A stretch of DNA of 64,000 nt from Giardia intestinalis (taxonomy: Eukaryota): assembly GCA_000002435.2 (NCBI GenBank), contig CM018793.1. One strand, 5' to 3'. Both the position numbers and the translations under genes were made by a program. Numbering within the stretch: the stretch's first letter is position 1; each line of letters opens with the position of its first letter. A model generated the notes under the pieces. It was not told the origin of the DNA, made no database searches, and saw nothing but the letters and a program-made list of their open reading frames with translations. Below, piece by piece: positions 40,925 to 51,150 of the stretch.

Positions 40925-43528
40925 ATGGAAACTGAAGCCGCTCGCGAGCTCGAGCGTGTGCAGAAGGAGAACTTCACCTTGAAGCTCAGGGTGTTTTCTC
41001 TGGAGCAGGAGCTTCACCCAGACCGTTCAACCGGCAAAGAGGCAGCCTTTGCATCTGAAATCAGTACGGAGATAGAAAAGAGGGACCAACTTCTTCTCAA
41101 AGCAAAATTGTCCATACAGTCTCTTTCCTCTGAGAACGACACCCTCCGCCATCGCCTCCAGTCAGTGGAGACGCTCCTTTCAGAGACAGAGACTCAGGCT
41201 TTAGAATGGAAGCAACGAGTGTCTGCATTTGATGCAGAAAGCGTGCTAAGGGGCAAGCAGGCAGAGTCTGCGCAGAATAACTTCAAACTAGCATGCCAAC
41301 AAATAGAAGAGCAGAAGCAGAAAATCAAGCAGCAGCACTATCTCATTTTACAACTTCAGAACAAGCTGAATCCATCCACTGGGGTCCCATCTGCTCCTCA
41401 GCCAGGCGGAGCAAGCACTGCAGGCCTCACGCAAGATGAAAGCGAGTGCCTTTTAGAGGACATAGGCGTTCAGTGGCGAAGGTATGTCTCTTCATTAGAG
41501 GTAAAACACGCAGAAGAGTTAGATGCAATCAAGAAAGGACATCAGCAGCAGCTGGAGCGCTTCTTCCAGGGGAAAAATAGCGAAATAGAAACATTTCAAA
41601 AGGATTACGCACAGCTTCAGGAGACAATCTTCGGATTGAGAAATCAGAACGCTGATCTGCATCGTGTGGTAGAAGATATGAAGCTTCAGGAGGACCAGTT
41701 CCGCCAGACAGCAGAGCACTTCAAAAATGATTCTATGGAGAAGGCGGGACAAATACAGCAGCTCAAGCTCGCATTAGGAGAGGCAGAAGATATAAAGATG
41801 CATGCGCAGTCTCTGCAGGCGGCTAATTCGTCTTTGGCAGATCAAGTTTCCGACCTCACCAGTAGAATTGAAATTCTTATCAGAGAGGCGTCCGATCGTG
41901 TGGCCGAAATCTCAAATCTCCATAGTGAAAAACTAACACTGGAGACCAGGGCAAAGCAGGCAGACACGCTTGAAAAGACGTTAGAGGCCAGAAGTACAGA
42001 ACTAAGCGAGCTACGGCGCGACAATATCAAGTACCAGGAAGACAATAAGGCTCTCTTTTTAGAAGTTGAACACCTGAGGATGGTGGCCAGCTTTGTACCA
42101 GAGAAGGAGGAGACCATAAGAAAACAACTTGAAATGATTACCGAGCTGCAAAACATCAACGTCCAAAATTCCTATGAAATTAATTCTTTGAAGGATACAG
42201 TTGCCAGTCTCAGTGCAAAGGAGGTGACAATAGCAGCTCTTACCAAGCAGCTGGAAACGGCAGATGCAGAGCTAAAGAGGCGCCAGATGGACTCTGTGGA
42301 GCTGACGAATCTGCGCTCAACTAACGACCAGGTGATGCTGGAGCTCACAAAGCTCCGAGCAGATCACGCCAGCGCTGGACGAGAGCTCAGAGAAATCAGG
42401 GAGGCTCATGATACCCTCAAGGCACTGCACAGTCAAGTGACCATGGAGGCCGACACTAGATCATCGGAGCTAACCGCAGAGCTGACTGCTTATAAAGCAC
42501 AGGCTTCCCAGCTGAAGACAAGAGTTGCAGAGCTGGAGCTGCAAGGGTCTTCCTTAAAGGCAGAGCTGGACACCGCTCTGGCCCATTTAGAGAGCAGAAC
42601 AAAGGATATTGAATTCGTCAAGACTGAAAAGTGCTCCTCAGAGAGGATTCTCACGGAGTATCGAGAGAATTTGAAAAGGCAGGAGCAAGAATTTGAGGCC
42701 ATGATGACTGAGCAGAATGAACGCATAGCAACGCTTGGGAAAGAGCTTGACAGCGTTTCCATTACGTTTCGTTCTGCATGCAAGGCTGTGGAGGACATGT
42801 CCGTGAGGCTACGTGTCAGTAAGATAACAAACGTGAAAACCCTTGAAGACATTCTCAGTATTACCTCAGCCGTAATTCGGCGGCACGAAGGAGTTCTTGC
42901 GGAGCTGGATGCGTCAAATACTCGAACATATGAGATCCAGCTGAAAGCCGACCAGACCCGCAGCGAGCTGGCTAGAGTCAAGAAGGAGCTGGACTACTGT
43001 AACGGAGAGATCGAGGGAAAGGACAAACGCACACGGGAGTATCTGGCGGAGATAGATACGCTAAACAGATCGATAGAAGGCATGCGGCAAGAGGTTTCTG
43101 TTGCAGAGAAGAATCTGAAGGAGGCTCTTGACCAGCGGTCAAAGCTCAAGACATATAACAATGAATACAAAGATAAAATTGCCCGTCAGGAACTAAGAAT
43201 CACGAGTTTGCAAGAAAAGATAAAGTCCCAGGAGGTTCTAGTGGCAGAGCGAGTTAAAGAGATCGAGCTTAGCATGCAACGCCAGGTCAAGACATTTCTA
43301 GACGCCATGACCGATCACATCTCTCGAAGGGTATCTCCAGAGATTGCCTTATCAGAGATCAAGCGATTCGAGTTAATCTTTTTGTCGACAGAGGATGCAC
43401 TTAACCGGCAACACGTACGGATCGGCGAGCAGCTCAATCCTCCCGCAGATCTACTGAACGATCCCCTCTTAGGGCATAATTTAGGCCCGGGTGTCCTGAT
43501 ATCTAGTAATGTTAGACCTGTTCTGTAA
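40925..43528 (+). CDS. Coiled-coil protein (867 aa)
   Basis: Almost continuous heptad repeats. ATG at 40925 behind an AT-rich leader. Confidence 0.75.
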   Translation: METEAARELERVQKENFTLKLRVFSLEQELHPDRSTGKEAAFASEISTEIEKRDQLLLKAKLSIQSLSSENDTLRHRLQSVETLLSETETQALEWKQRVSAFDAESVLRGKQAESAQNNFKLACQQIEEQKQKIKQQHYLILQLQNKLNPSTGVPSAPQPGGASTAGLTQDESECLLEDIGVQWRRYVSSLEVKHAEELDAIKKGHQQQLERFFQGKNSEIETFQKDYAQLQETIFGLRNQNADLHRVVEDMKLQEDQFRQTAEHFKNDSMEKAGQIQQLKLALGEAEDIKMHAQSLQAANSSLADQVSDLTSRIEILIREASDRVAEISNLHSEKLTLETRAKQADTLEKTLEARSTELSELRRDNIKYQEDNKALFLEVEHLRMVASFVPEKEETIRKQLEMITELQNINVQNSYEINSLKDTVASLSAKEVTIAALTKQLETADAELKRRQMDSVELTNLRSTNDQVMLELTKLRADHASAGRELREIREAHDTLKALHSQVTMEADTRSSELTAELTAYKAQASQLKTRVAELELQGSSLKAELDTALAHLESRTKDIEFVKTEKCSSERILTEYRENLKRQEQEFEAMMTEQNERIATLGKELDSVSITFRSACKAVEDMSVRLRVSKITNVKTLEDILSITSAVIRRHEGVLAELDASNTRTYEIQLKADQTRSELARVKKELDYCNGEIEGKDKRTREYLAEIDTLNRSIEGMRQEVSVAEKNLKEALDQRSKLKTYNNEYKDKIARQELRITSLQEKIKSQEVLVAERVKEIELSMQRQVKTFLDAMTDHISRRVSPEIALSEIKRFELIFLSTEDALNRQHVRIGEQLNPPADLLNDPLLGHNLGPGVLISSNVRPVL

Positions 43529-43535
43529 ATAGAAA

Positions 43536-45161
43536 ATGTCATGGAACAAGGCCGACCTCTCGCGAGTCAAGCAGTTTGCGCGAGATGAAGAAGATCTCCG
43601 CCGCCTTATGGAGATGACAGTCGTAGATCGAGAGGTTGAGATAGAGCGCCGCCACAACAGTCAGATTTGGGGGTCTGCCAAACCATACAGTACTACACAG
43701 CACTTCAATCCCACGCAGATAGATCTGGGGCTTGGAGATGATGACAATGTGCTGAAGGAGAGCTCAGAGTCATTTGTGGTTGAGGATGAAAATGAGGAGT
43801 CTGAACAGTTTACTAACTTCGCTACCCAGGAGCCCATTGAGCCCCAGATCACAGCAAAATGCTATCAGAATGTCATCTTGCCTGCACAGTTTCTTGTTAT
43901 GTATTCTCCGCAGTGGTTCTTTGAAGAAGTGATCCGGAAGCACGCGATGTTTCTTCTTCGGCTCAATAAGCTGGGAGCTAACGTCCTCCCCCAGTATAGC
44001 CGTAATCTTCTTATCCCTGTCCGTGTTTCTCCCGACATGTGGCAGTCTGACGCCAATTCATTCGGCGAAGTGTATCAGGAGAGCAGGGAACATATCTATG
44101 ACAGCTACTTGGCCAATCCTGAAATCTCTCGCTACTACGTAGAAATACTCTTCCCCGAAGATCTGCAGAAGGAGAAGCTTAGGGTTTCATGTGCAGATCT
44201 GGTTCAGGACGAAGAGCAGTACAATGAGAAGATAGAGGCGTCGTCTCTTTTCACGGACACAATGCTGCGGGAGCTCATGAGTGTCAACCAGTGTCCATAT
44301 AGAGCAGTTACATACCGTGAACTTGTGGAGTCTGGATTGGCAATCAAGGCAATCATGCAGGCTGTGATAGGGACTAAGCCAGAGCGGGAATACGTTTCTA
44401 AGTTGATCCAGTTTGAGAACTATATCATAAAGGCACTTAGCCCATTCCCCAATATTAAGATTAACCAGATTCACATGAGAATAGACGCCATAAATGACAG
44501 TGAAAAGCAAATTTTACTATGCCACCACGTAAAAGTAGAAGACTCAACACAAGATGAGTTGGAGGCTAGATACTCAGAGAGCAGCAGAAGGCACCTAAAG
44601 CAGCTTAGAGAGGAATTGCTTCGGTGTGAAGATGCATATAGAAAGTCTCTTACTGCAAAGAAGGAGATTAGCTATTCCCTATACAACACGTCTACTGGCA
44701 CCCAATCAAGCCTAGAGTTTATGTGTTTCAATTCCGCAGGATCATTGCAGCAGCTCTGGCAGAAAGCCTATAAGGAGCTCCTCACCAGCCATACGAAGCC
44801 GCAGTATGCAGAAAAGCTAGCTACACTCAAAGCGCATCTGAAGCTAGACAAGAGTGCGTCCGTTCAGACACAGCTGGGGAAGACCCTTCTGATGGCTGAG
44901 GCCATCGACACCTTTACACTTAATAGTGTGATTAACATCGCAGATGGCTTCTTCACTATCAAGGACCACGCGGACCTTGGCTCCTGGCCTTTATTGGGCC
45001 CCCGGTATCGGGTGGACATCTTGGGGGCCTGCACCGAAGCTTTCAAAGAAAACAGACGGAATGGAGCCTTCTACTTTTGCCATCGCTACGTCGAGGACGG
45101 CTGCACTGTTCTCAAATTCGCGAGCGAGCCGGCTCCCTGCCCGTCGTCTTCGCCCACTTGA
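43536..45161 (+). CDS. Hypothetical protein (541 aa)
   Basis: The ATG lies 7 nt after the upstream stop. Uninterrupted ORF. Confidence 0.65.
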   Translation: MSWNKADLSRVKQFARDEEDLRRLMEMTVVDREVEIERRHNSQIWGSAKPYSTTQHFNPTQIDLGLGDDDNVLKESSESFVVEDENEESEQFTNFATQEPIEPQITAKCYQNVILPAQFLVMYSPQWFFEEVIRKHAMFLLRLNKLGANVLPQYSRNLLIPVRVSPDMWQSDANSFGEVYQESREHIYDSYLANPEISRYYVEILFPEDLQKEKLRVSCADLVQDEEQYNEKIEASSLFTDTMLRELMSVNQCPYRAVTYRELVESGLAIKAIMQAVIGTKPEREYVSKLIQFENYIIKALSPFPNIKINQIHMRIDAINDSEKQILLCHHVKVEDSTQDELEARYSESSRRHLKQLREELLRCEDAYRKSLTAKKEISYSLYNTSTGTQSSLEFMCFNSAGSLQQLWQKAYKELLTSHTKPQYAEKLATLKAHLKLDKSASVQTQLGKTLLMAEAIDTFTLNSVINIADGFFTIKDHADLGSWPLLGPRYRVDILGACTEAFKENRRNGAFYFCHRYVEDGCTVLKFASEPAPCPSSSPT

Positions 45162-45232
45162 TCCGCTGTGTGATAAAAAAATAAATTGATTTTGAATTCG
45201 TATTGGCCTTTTTTGTTTCTGGCTCTGTGAAG

Positions 45233-45988
45233 ATGGGACGCAGGATCCGTGTACAGCGTAAGGGTGCGGGATCGGTCTTCCGCGCACACGTAGCACGACG
45301 CCTTGGGGCCGCGAAGCTCCGCGCCAACGATTTTGCAGAGCGCACAGGCTCTGTCCGTGGCGTCGTCAAGGCGATTCTCCACGACAGAGGCCGCGGCGCG
45401 CCCCTCGCAAGGGTTCAGTTCCCCAACATGCGTGGGGAGGGCCGCGTGAACGAGCTCTTCATCGCCCCGGAGGGTATGTACACAGGCCAAGAGGTCTTCT
45501 CTGGAAACAAGGCCACTCTGCACATCGGGAACATCCTCCCAGTGGGGAACATCCCCGAAGGTACCTACGTCTGCAACGTCGAGGAGAAGCCCATGGACCG
45601 TGGCTGTCTAGCGCGAGCATCCGGGACCTACTGCCTGGTTGTCGCACACAACATGGAGACAAACAAGACCCGCATCCGCCTTCCCTCCGGCCAGAAGAAG
45701 CTGATCTCCTCGAAGGCTCGTGCCATGATCGGCCTTGTTGCTGGCGGCGGCCGCACAGACAAGCCCCTTCTCAAGGCAGGAAACGCTTACCACAAGTACA
45801 AGGCAAAGCGAAACTGCTGGCCGGTCGTTCGTGGTGTAGCAATGAACCCTGTTGACCACCCCCATGGTGGTGGTAACCATCAGCACATTGGTGTGTCTTC
45901 CTGCGTCCCGCGCAATGCGGTCCCGGGTCAGAAGGTTGGTCTTATTGCTGCTCGCCGCACTGGTTGCTCTGGTGGTAAGCGCAGATGA
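45233..45988 (+). CDS. RPL8: 60S ribosomal protein L8 (uL2)
   Basis: [19 protein letters not shown]..., GRGAPLARV and [36 protein letters not shown]. The ATG is at 45233 because the track start 45203 is TTG. AGTAAAC follows the stop. Confidence 0.92.
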   Translation: MGRRIRVQRKGAGSVFRAHVARRLGAAKLRANDFAERTGSVRGVVKAILHDRGRGAPLARVQFPNMRGEGRVNELFIAPEGMYTGQEVFSGNKATLHIGNILPVGNIPEGTYVCNVEEKPMDRGCLARASGTYCLVVAHNMETNKTRIRLPSGQKKLISSKARAMIGLVAGGGRTDKPLLKAGNAYHKYKAKRNCWPVVRGVAMNPVDHPHGGGNHQHIGVSSCVPRNAVPGQKVGLIAARRTGCSGGKRR

Positions 45989-46038
45989 AGCACCTCGAAG
46001 TAAACACTGGAGCAAATTGTTTCTCTTATAAAAAAGCT

Positions 46039-47829
46039 ATGACGGAGACCTTTTCCCTGCGCATAATTAAGGTCGATGACCACCAAGAATGGACTGTCAG
46101 TGTCACTACGGATGCAACCATCGATATGCTGATCGGACTTGTAGCAGAGTCTACTGGCATAGAGCGGGGTCAATTTCGATTGGTTTTTAGGGGTCGGATA
46201 ATATCAAACTTACCCCCAGGGCACCTCATTAATGAGTGCGGGATTAATAGCACAAACAATTCTATCATTCTTGTCCAAAGGCGTTCTCATAATTTGGATC
46301 CTCCTGCGGAAAGACAGTCCACTCAGGCTCTGCCCCAGGCCCACGCAGCTGACGAGCAGCCCACGATTGAGGAGATAGCACCAAATGTCTATCGACTCAG
46401 GAGGCCTGTAGACGTTGCGAGTTTGAGGATGAGTGTGAGCCCAGAAATGTCGAATGTTAATCCTGTCGATATAGCACGCGATATATTGCAGGGTCTGTTC
46501 ACAGTTCAAGATGGGAGCGGGTCTCGTGTAGCCCCTCCCGCTAGTGGAACGTTTACCACAACTCTCCGCAGCAACTCTACTGAAAGGTCTGGAGATACCT
46601 CTAACCCCATGGTAGCCCTAACAACACTTCTGCATAATCTTTACTCCGACGAATCTCCCAACGATGGCACTAGTGATTCGTACAATGCAGTGATAAACAT
46701 CACCACCAACACTACCGCTCCATCCGAAGGAGCCAGCTCCTCACCGCAGCAAATAGTTTCGCCGACAGAGCATGCTACTGTTTCAGTTCTAATTCCTACA
46801 GACGCACAAAATCAACAGAGCCGTGCAACGCCGACTGACGGTGCTACCCATGGTCCTGTATTAACAGCTTTCCATGTTCCGTCCGTTCCGAATACTACAC
46901 CAATAAACGGGCGATCACTGAATGCTCCACGTCGTGGACAGTTCTCTTCCAGACCTGTTGGTTCTGCAGACCGCGCTCCATTCAGCCAAATATTCTTGGG
47001 CTCAATTCCAGGACAGGGGTCTACTTACCCTCGTGACGCACTACGTTACTCATCTAATAGCACGCAAACAGAGAGGGTCCTCTTGCCATTCGGCTCGGGT
47101 CCTGTCCGGCACGAGTGCAACTCCAATGTTTCAAGTATTACAGGCCCCCGGCCAGCCAGGAAGAACAGACAGCAAGGGAGCACAGCCATTTCGAAAGCGC
47201 GACGGTGCTTGCAACGTGCACGCGACGTCCGGTATCTGCACACAGATGAGTTACAAGCGCTGTTGAGCGATCTATCAGACATGTCTTCGACGCTTTCCAC
47301 AGATATCAACATATTTATGCAGAAATTAACGAGTCTAAATCGTCGCACGACACCTAGTGTCAATCATTCACACGAAGTAAAGAGAGGCAGAAGCGGACTG
47401 TCTACTTCCACAACATCGGCAGTGGTCGTTGGCGGACATCCAGTGACTCAGTCGTTGGTTATCCCGCTGCATGGACACGATCAGCTCCGTGGAAGTACTA
47501 CAAATTACTTTCACGAGAGCATACGCAAGCGAATCCTCAACCTTATGGGCATGTTGATCCACATCAATGCTGCCATTCCTCATTGTATCGATGCCCTCCG
47601 TAACTCTCTTTCCAACAGCATGCTTCAGATAGCAGCCCACAGGTCAGGCATCAGCAGCGACAGCCCCATAACGGAGTTTGGCAACAATGAACTCTTCAAC
47701 GAATTTATTTACAGGATTACGACAAACGAATTCGAAGAAAGGAATCTGCCCTCCACTGATGGCGATAGCGACGATAGCTCGTATGACTGGGATGACAAGT
47801 CATGCACGGCTTCGTTTCTGACAGAATGA
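46039..47829 (+). CDS. Ubiquitin-like-domain protein (N-terminal UBL) with a long S/T-rich region
   Basis: FSLRIIKVDDHQEWTVSV...GQFRLVFRGRII is a ubiquitin fold. The second ATG at 46039 is preferred because the first ATG at 45985 overlaps the RPL8 stop. Confidence 0.65.
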   Translation: MTETFSLRIIKVDDHQEWTVSVTTDATIDMLIGLVAESTGIERGQFRLVFRGRIISNLPPGHLINECGINSTNNSIILVQRRSHNLDPPAERQSTQALPQAHAADEQPTIEEIAPNVYRLRRPVDVASLRMSVSPEMSNVNPVDIARDILQGLFTVQDGSGSRVAPPASGTFTTTLRSNSTERSGDTSNPMVALTTLLHNLYSDESPNDGTSDSYNAVINITTNTTAPSEGASSSPQQIVSPTEHATVSVLIPTDAQNQQSRATPTDGATHGPVLTAFHVPSVPNTTPINGRSLNAPRRGQFSSRPVGSADRAPFSQIFLGSIPGQGSTYPRDALRYSSNSTQTERVLLPFGSGPVRHECNSNVSSITGPRPARKNRQQGSTAISKARRCLQRARDVRYLHTDELQALLSDLSDMSSTLSTDINIFMQKLTSLNRRTTPSVNHSHEVKRGRSGLSTSTTSAVVVGGHPVTQSLVIPLHGHDQLRGSTTNYFHESIRKRILNLMGMLIHINAAIPHCIDALRNSLSNSMLQIAAHRSGISSDSPITEFGNNELFNEFIYRITTNEFEERNLPSTDGDSDDSSYDWDDKSCTASFLTE

Positions 47830-47862
47830 GGTCTTAAAAGTTCTAGTAAATTATAGCTGGCG

Positions 47863-48825
47863 ATGAATTCTGCTGCGAAGCTGGATCGGCAGCTGTCCCA
47901 GATCCTCGAGCAGGTGCGGATACGGGCAGGGTCGCTGAGCACTGGGAGCCGTATAATCATAGAAAAGTGGGTTCTGAAGCTAATGGAGCAGCAGAGCCAT
48001 CTGGAATGGAAGAAGAATCGCAACCTCTACGGGGTCTATCTCCTCGACATGCTCATGAAGCGAACGCTTGACGATCCGTTTAATAAACGTCCACCAGACA
48101 CAGCGCTTCCAACTCTTCCGTCACACATAAAGCAGTATTACGGACGCATGACAAGCGAGATTTTGACGCGCAGCATAGACGAAACAGGCCTAGATCATGC
48201 TGTAGGGAAGTCAGGAATGGGAAAGTCTGTTTTGCGAGCCTCTTCTACATCTAGCGTTGGTAAGCTCGGGTTTAAGAATTCAGCCGTTAACAACACTCCC
48301 GCGTCTAACGACAGCAGGCTGCGCTCCTTATCTAATGCATCTAAGGTGCTTACTTCTGCTACAGCCATATACACACCTCATTCTAGTAACCACCCGTCCG
48401 CTCCCAATCTCAATGCCGACTTTGGGCTATCAAAGCCTTCTGCACCGTCTACTGCTTCTTTAACTGACAACTATCCTCCCGACCCTGTCGGGGCATTGCT
48501 AAGGCGGATTTATAACCCTGCGCCGGTACATGCCGAGGGCATCCATCATGAAAACAATGAGTATCAGCAACACTCAGCAATGCAAGGTGCCCCTTTGCTG
48601 TCTTCTCTAGACACGCTAGCCACTGCACCACATTCAGACCAGGTAGAGCATCAACTTACTGCTTCAAAACTTCGAATCCAGGAGCTAGAGAGCGAGATTC
48701 TGAACTATAAGAATGAAATAACGTCCCTTAAGCGTGTTATAGAGGCACTCAAGGCAGAGGATTTTGCACTAGAGAAAACGGCCAGACAAATCCACGCTGA
48801 AGCTTTATCAATCGTATCTATGTAA
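47863..48825 (+). CDS. Hypothetical protein with a C-terminal coiled coil
   Basis: ATG at 47863. The 320-aa ORF ends 38 bp before the left arm of the inverted repeat. Confidence 0.6.
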   Translation: MNSAAKLDRQLSQILEQVRIRAGSLSTGSRIIIEKWVLKLMEQQSHLEWKKNRNLYGVYLLDMLMKRTLDDPFNKRPPDTALPTLPSHIKQYYGRMTSEILTRSIDETGLDHAVGKSGMGKSVLRASSTSSVGKLGFKNSAVNNTPASNDSRLRSLSNASKVLTSATAIYTPHSSNHPSAPNLNADFGLSKPSAPSTASLTDNYPPDPVGALLRRIYNPAPVHAEGIHHENNEYQQHSAMQGAPLLSSLDTLATAPHSDQVEHQLTASKLRIQELESEILNYKNEITSLKRVIEALKAEDFALEKTARQIHAEALSIVSM

Positions 48826-49135
48826 ATTATTTTGCCACATATACTACGCCAATCTCGTGTTCGCTTCGGGCTCTACGTGGAGACGCGGGGCGCGCGGGTC
48901 GAGGCCTACGGGGCGGGCGCGGCCGGGACGCGGCTGCTCGGGGCGGCAGAGGTCCGGCTCGGGGGCCTGCTCGACGGGCGGGAGGTGCAGGCGGAGGCCC
49001 CGCTGGTCTGGGCAGGCGCAGAGATCGGGCGCGTGGCGGCGCGGATCGCGGCGGAGCAGGCGCTCCGAGTCCAGAAGTAAACAGCACAACCTGCAAACAC
49101 AGAAGCGCTTGTACTGTATGTGTTGGCGCTCCCGC

Positions 49136-49206
49136 GCATCAATGGTTTAGGGGTAGAATGCTTGCTTGCCAAGCAAGAGAGCCGGGTCCGAGTCCCGGTT
49201 GATGCA
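49136..49206 (+). tRNA. tRNA-Gly, anticodon GCC
   Basis: Acceptor GCATCAA/TTGATGC, anticodon stem CTTGC/GCAAG with loop TTGCCAA, and T arm CCGGG-TCCGAGT-CCCGG. Near-identical in layout to eukaryotic tRNA-Gly(GCC). Confidence 0.9.
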
Positions 49207-49427
49207 CTTTTCGCCCGGCCCGAGAAAACGGCCATCATATCATTACAGGGAGCGGGCTCAGGTGCATCGGCCCACACTGCGCCGAGACCTCATGAGGACC
49301 TCCCGCCTACTGTGCGTACAGTTACCTAAACGCATCTGTAATGGCTAAAGCACGCGGCGAGTAAGCGACCAGTTGAGAGAGCAAAGGTAGCTACCTCAGC
49401 AGGCCAGAGCAAGCAAGTAGGCAGTAG

Positions 49428-51150
49428 ATGTGTTCACTACCGAGCTCCCTCCTGGGGCAGCCCTCGGAGTGGGAGTCTCAGAGAGGAGGCCGCCGGGCAC
49501 CCCCACCCGCTGCACGCAATCCGGTCCACACCACAGCCTTTCTACTGATACCCCTGTTGGTGGTGAGCACCATCGCAGTGACCTGCCGATCAGATGGGAA
49601 CCATACAGCGACCTGCCAGACAGACAAGTGCGAGACGGTCGGTAGCACAGAGATCTGCACCCAGTGCAGGGCCGGGGCGTCCCGGTCGACGGCTTCTGCT
49701 GGCCCCCCGGCTCCATCCAGGCCGCGGCAGCCGGGTGCACCAAAGCAGACGGGGCTGCCCTCGACAAGACGGCAACCACCTGTGGAAAGTGCGGCGATGG
49801 GTACCTCCTCTTCATGGGCGGATGCTACAACAAGGATGCACACCCTGGCAGTGACATATGCACAGCAGCCAAGGATGGAGTATGCACTGCTTGTAAGGCA
49901 GATAACGGCCTGTTCAAGAACCCGGCTGCACCATCAGAGAAGGGTAGTGAGTGCATACTCTGTCATGATGCCACGGGAGCAAATGGATATAAGGGAGTGG
50001 CTAACTGCATACAGTGTCAGGCACCACAGAGTGCAGGAGCAGCTACATGCACTGCCTGTCAAGATGGATACTACAAGAACTCTCAGACATGTGAAAGGTG
50101 TGATGAAGCTTGCCTGACCTGTGAGACTGATGCGGCCCATTGTACCTTTTGTAAGGCCGGGAAGTATCTCGATGGGGATCAATGTGCTGATATCTGTGGA
50201 AGTGGCAATGATAAGTATGCTGACGAAGCTACCAGAACGTGCAAGGCATGTAGTACAATAACTGGGTGCACCGCGTGTGAATATAATCCAGTGACCAAGA
50301 AGCCAAAGTGCACCGCTTGTAGTGATAAGAAGGTGAAGACAGAGCTTGACGGGACAACCACTTGTGTAGATGCAAATGGGTGCGCAACAGATAACGTCGA
50401 CGGATCCCACTTTCTAAATCAAGCTAGAAATAAGTGTCTTCTTTGTAGCGATGACAAGACTAATACTAGCAGTCCACCTAATAAAGGACTTAAGGATTGT
50501 GGTAGGTGCAAAAAAGAAAGGGATGATGCAGCTTCAACCTGCTCAGAATGTCTGTCTGGATTTTATTTAGAAGACGCTTGCAAGACCTGTGATGCTAACT
50601 GTGCCGTGTGCTCTGAAAAAACACTAGTGGATAAGTGTAAAATATCCATGCAAGAGTGACTTTTAACCGGGATAGATGAAGGAAAGTGCATTAAGTGTGA
50701 TGCGAAGGCGGCTGAGAATACTTATGTCAGCGTTGAGGGCTGCCTCTCTTGCATAACTCCAACCACCCCAGGTCCGGCCAGCCGCGACCGCTGCAAGATC
50801 GGCTACACGTTACAGGGAGCAACGTGCGCGAAGGTATGCGAGGACGAGACTTCATGTAGAGGTACCTCCGGCTCTTGTGATGCTATAGTAATCGATGCTA
50901 ATGGAAAGGAGCTTCACTGCTCTCATTCGGCAGAGGAGCAGATAACGTGCCAAATGATGGGAAGCGTGTTAATAAAAACAGTACAAACGGAAATACTTGT
51001 GATAATCCTGTCTGTGAGTCTTACAATCAGGGATGCTTCTTATCTACAGGCGGTACCACCAGGTAGTAGACCTACCCAACAGTTACATGTGCAAGAGAGC
51101 AGATGGTGGCATTTTCACAGAAGCAGCAAGCGACAAGTACTTCGTGGCCT
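49428..51150 (+). pseudogene. VSP pseudogene, frameshifted and 3'-truncated. It keeps the signal-peptide and N-terminal region that the tandem-array units lack
   Basis: Frame A reads ...FLLIPLLVVSTIAVTCRSDGNHTATCQTDKCE. It shifts near 49680 into frame B (ORF 49664..50659: GGCYNKD...GVCTACKADNGLFKNP...), which stops at 50659. VSP-like text then continues in other frames (KCIKCDAKAAENTYVSVEGC..., YMCKRADGGIFTEAASDKYF) to about 51150. There is no TM or CRGKA. Confidence 0.8.

Noticed and set aside
45985-46038. The first ATG (45985) as the start of the UBL-protein gene
   Set aside because: It overlaps the RPL8 stop codon and has a GC-rich context. The second ATG at 46039 sits behind TCTTATAAAAAAGCT and immediately precedes the ubiquitin fold.
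49428-50117. 229-aa ORF treated as an independent gene
   Set aside because: Its only meaningful part is the VSP signal peptide and N-terminal stretch. After about 49680 the coding signal moves to frame B, so it is part of the frameshifted VSP pseudogene.
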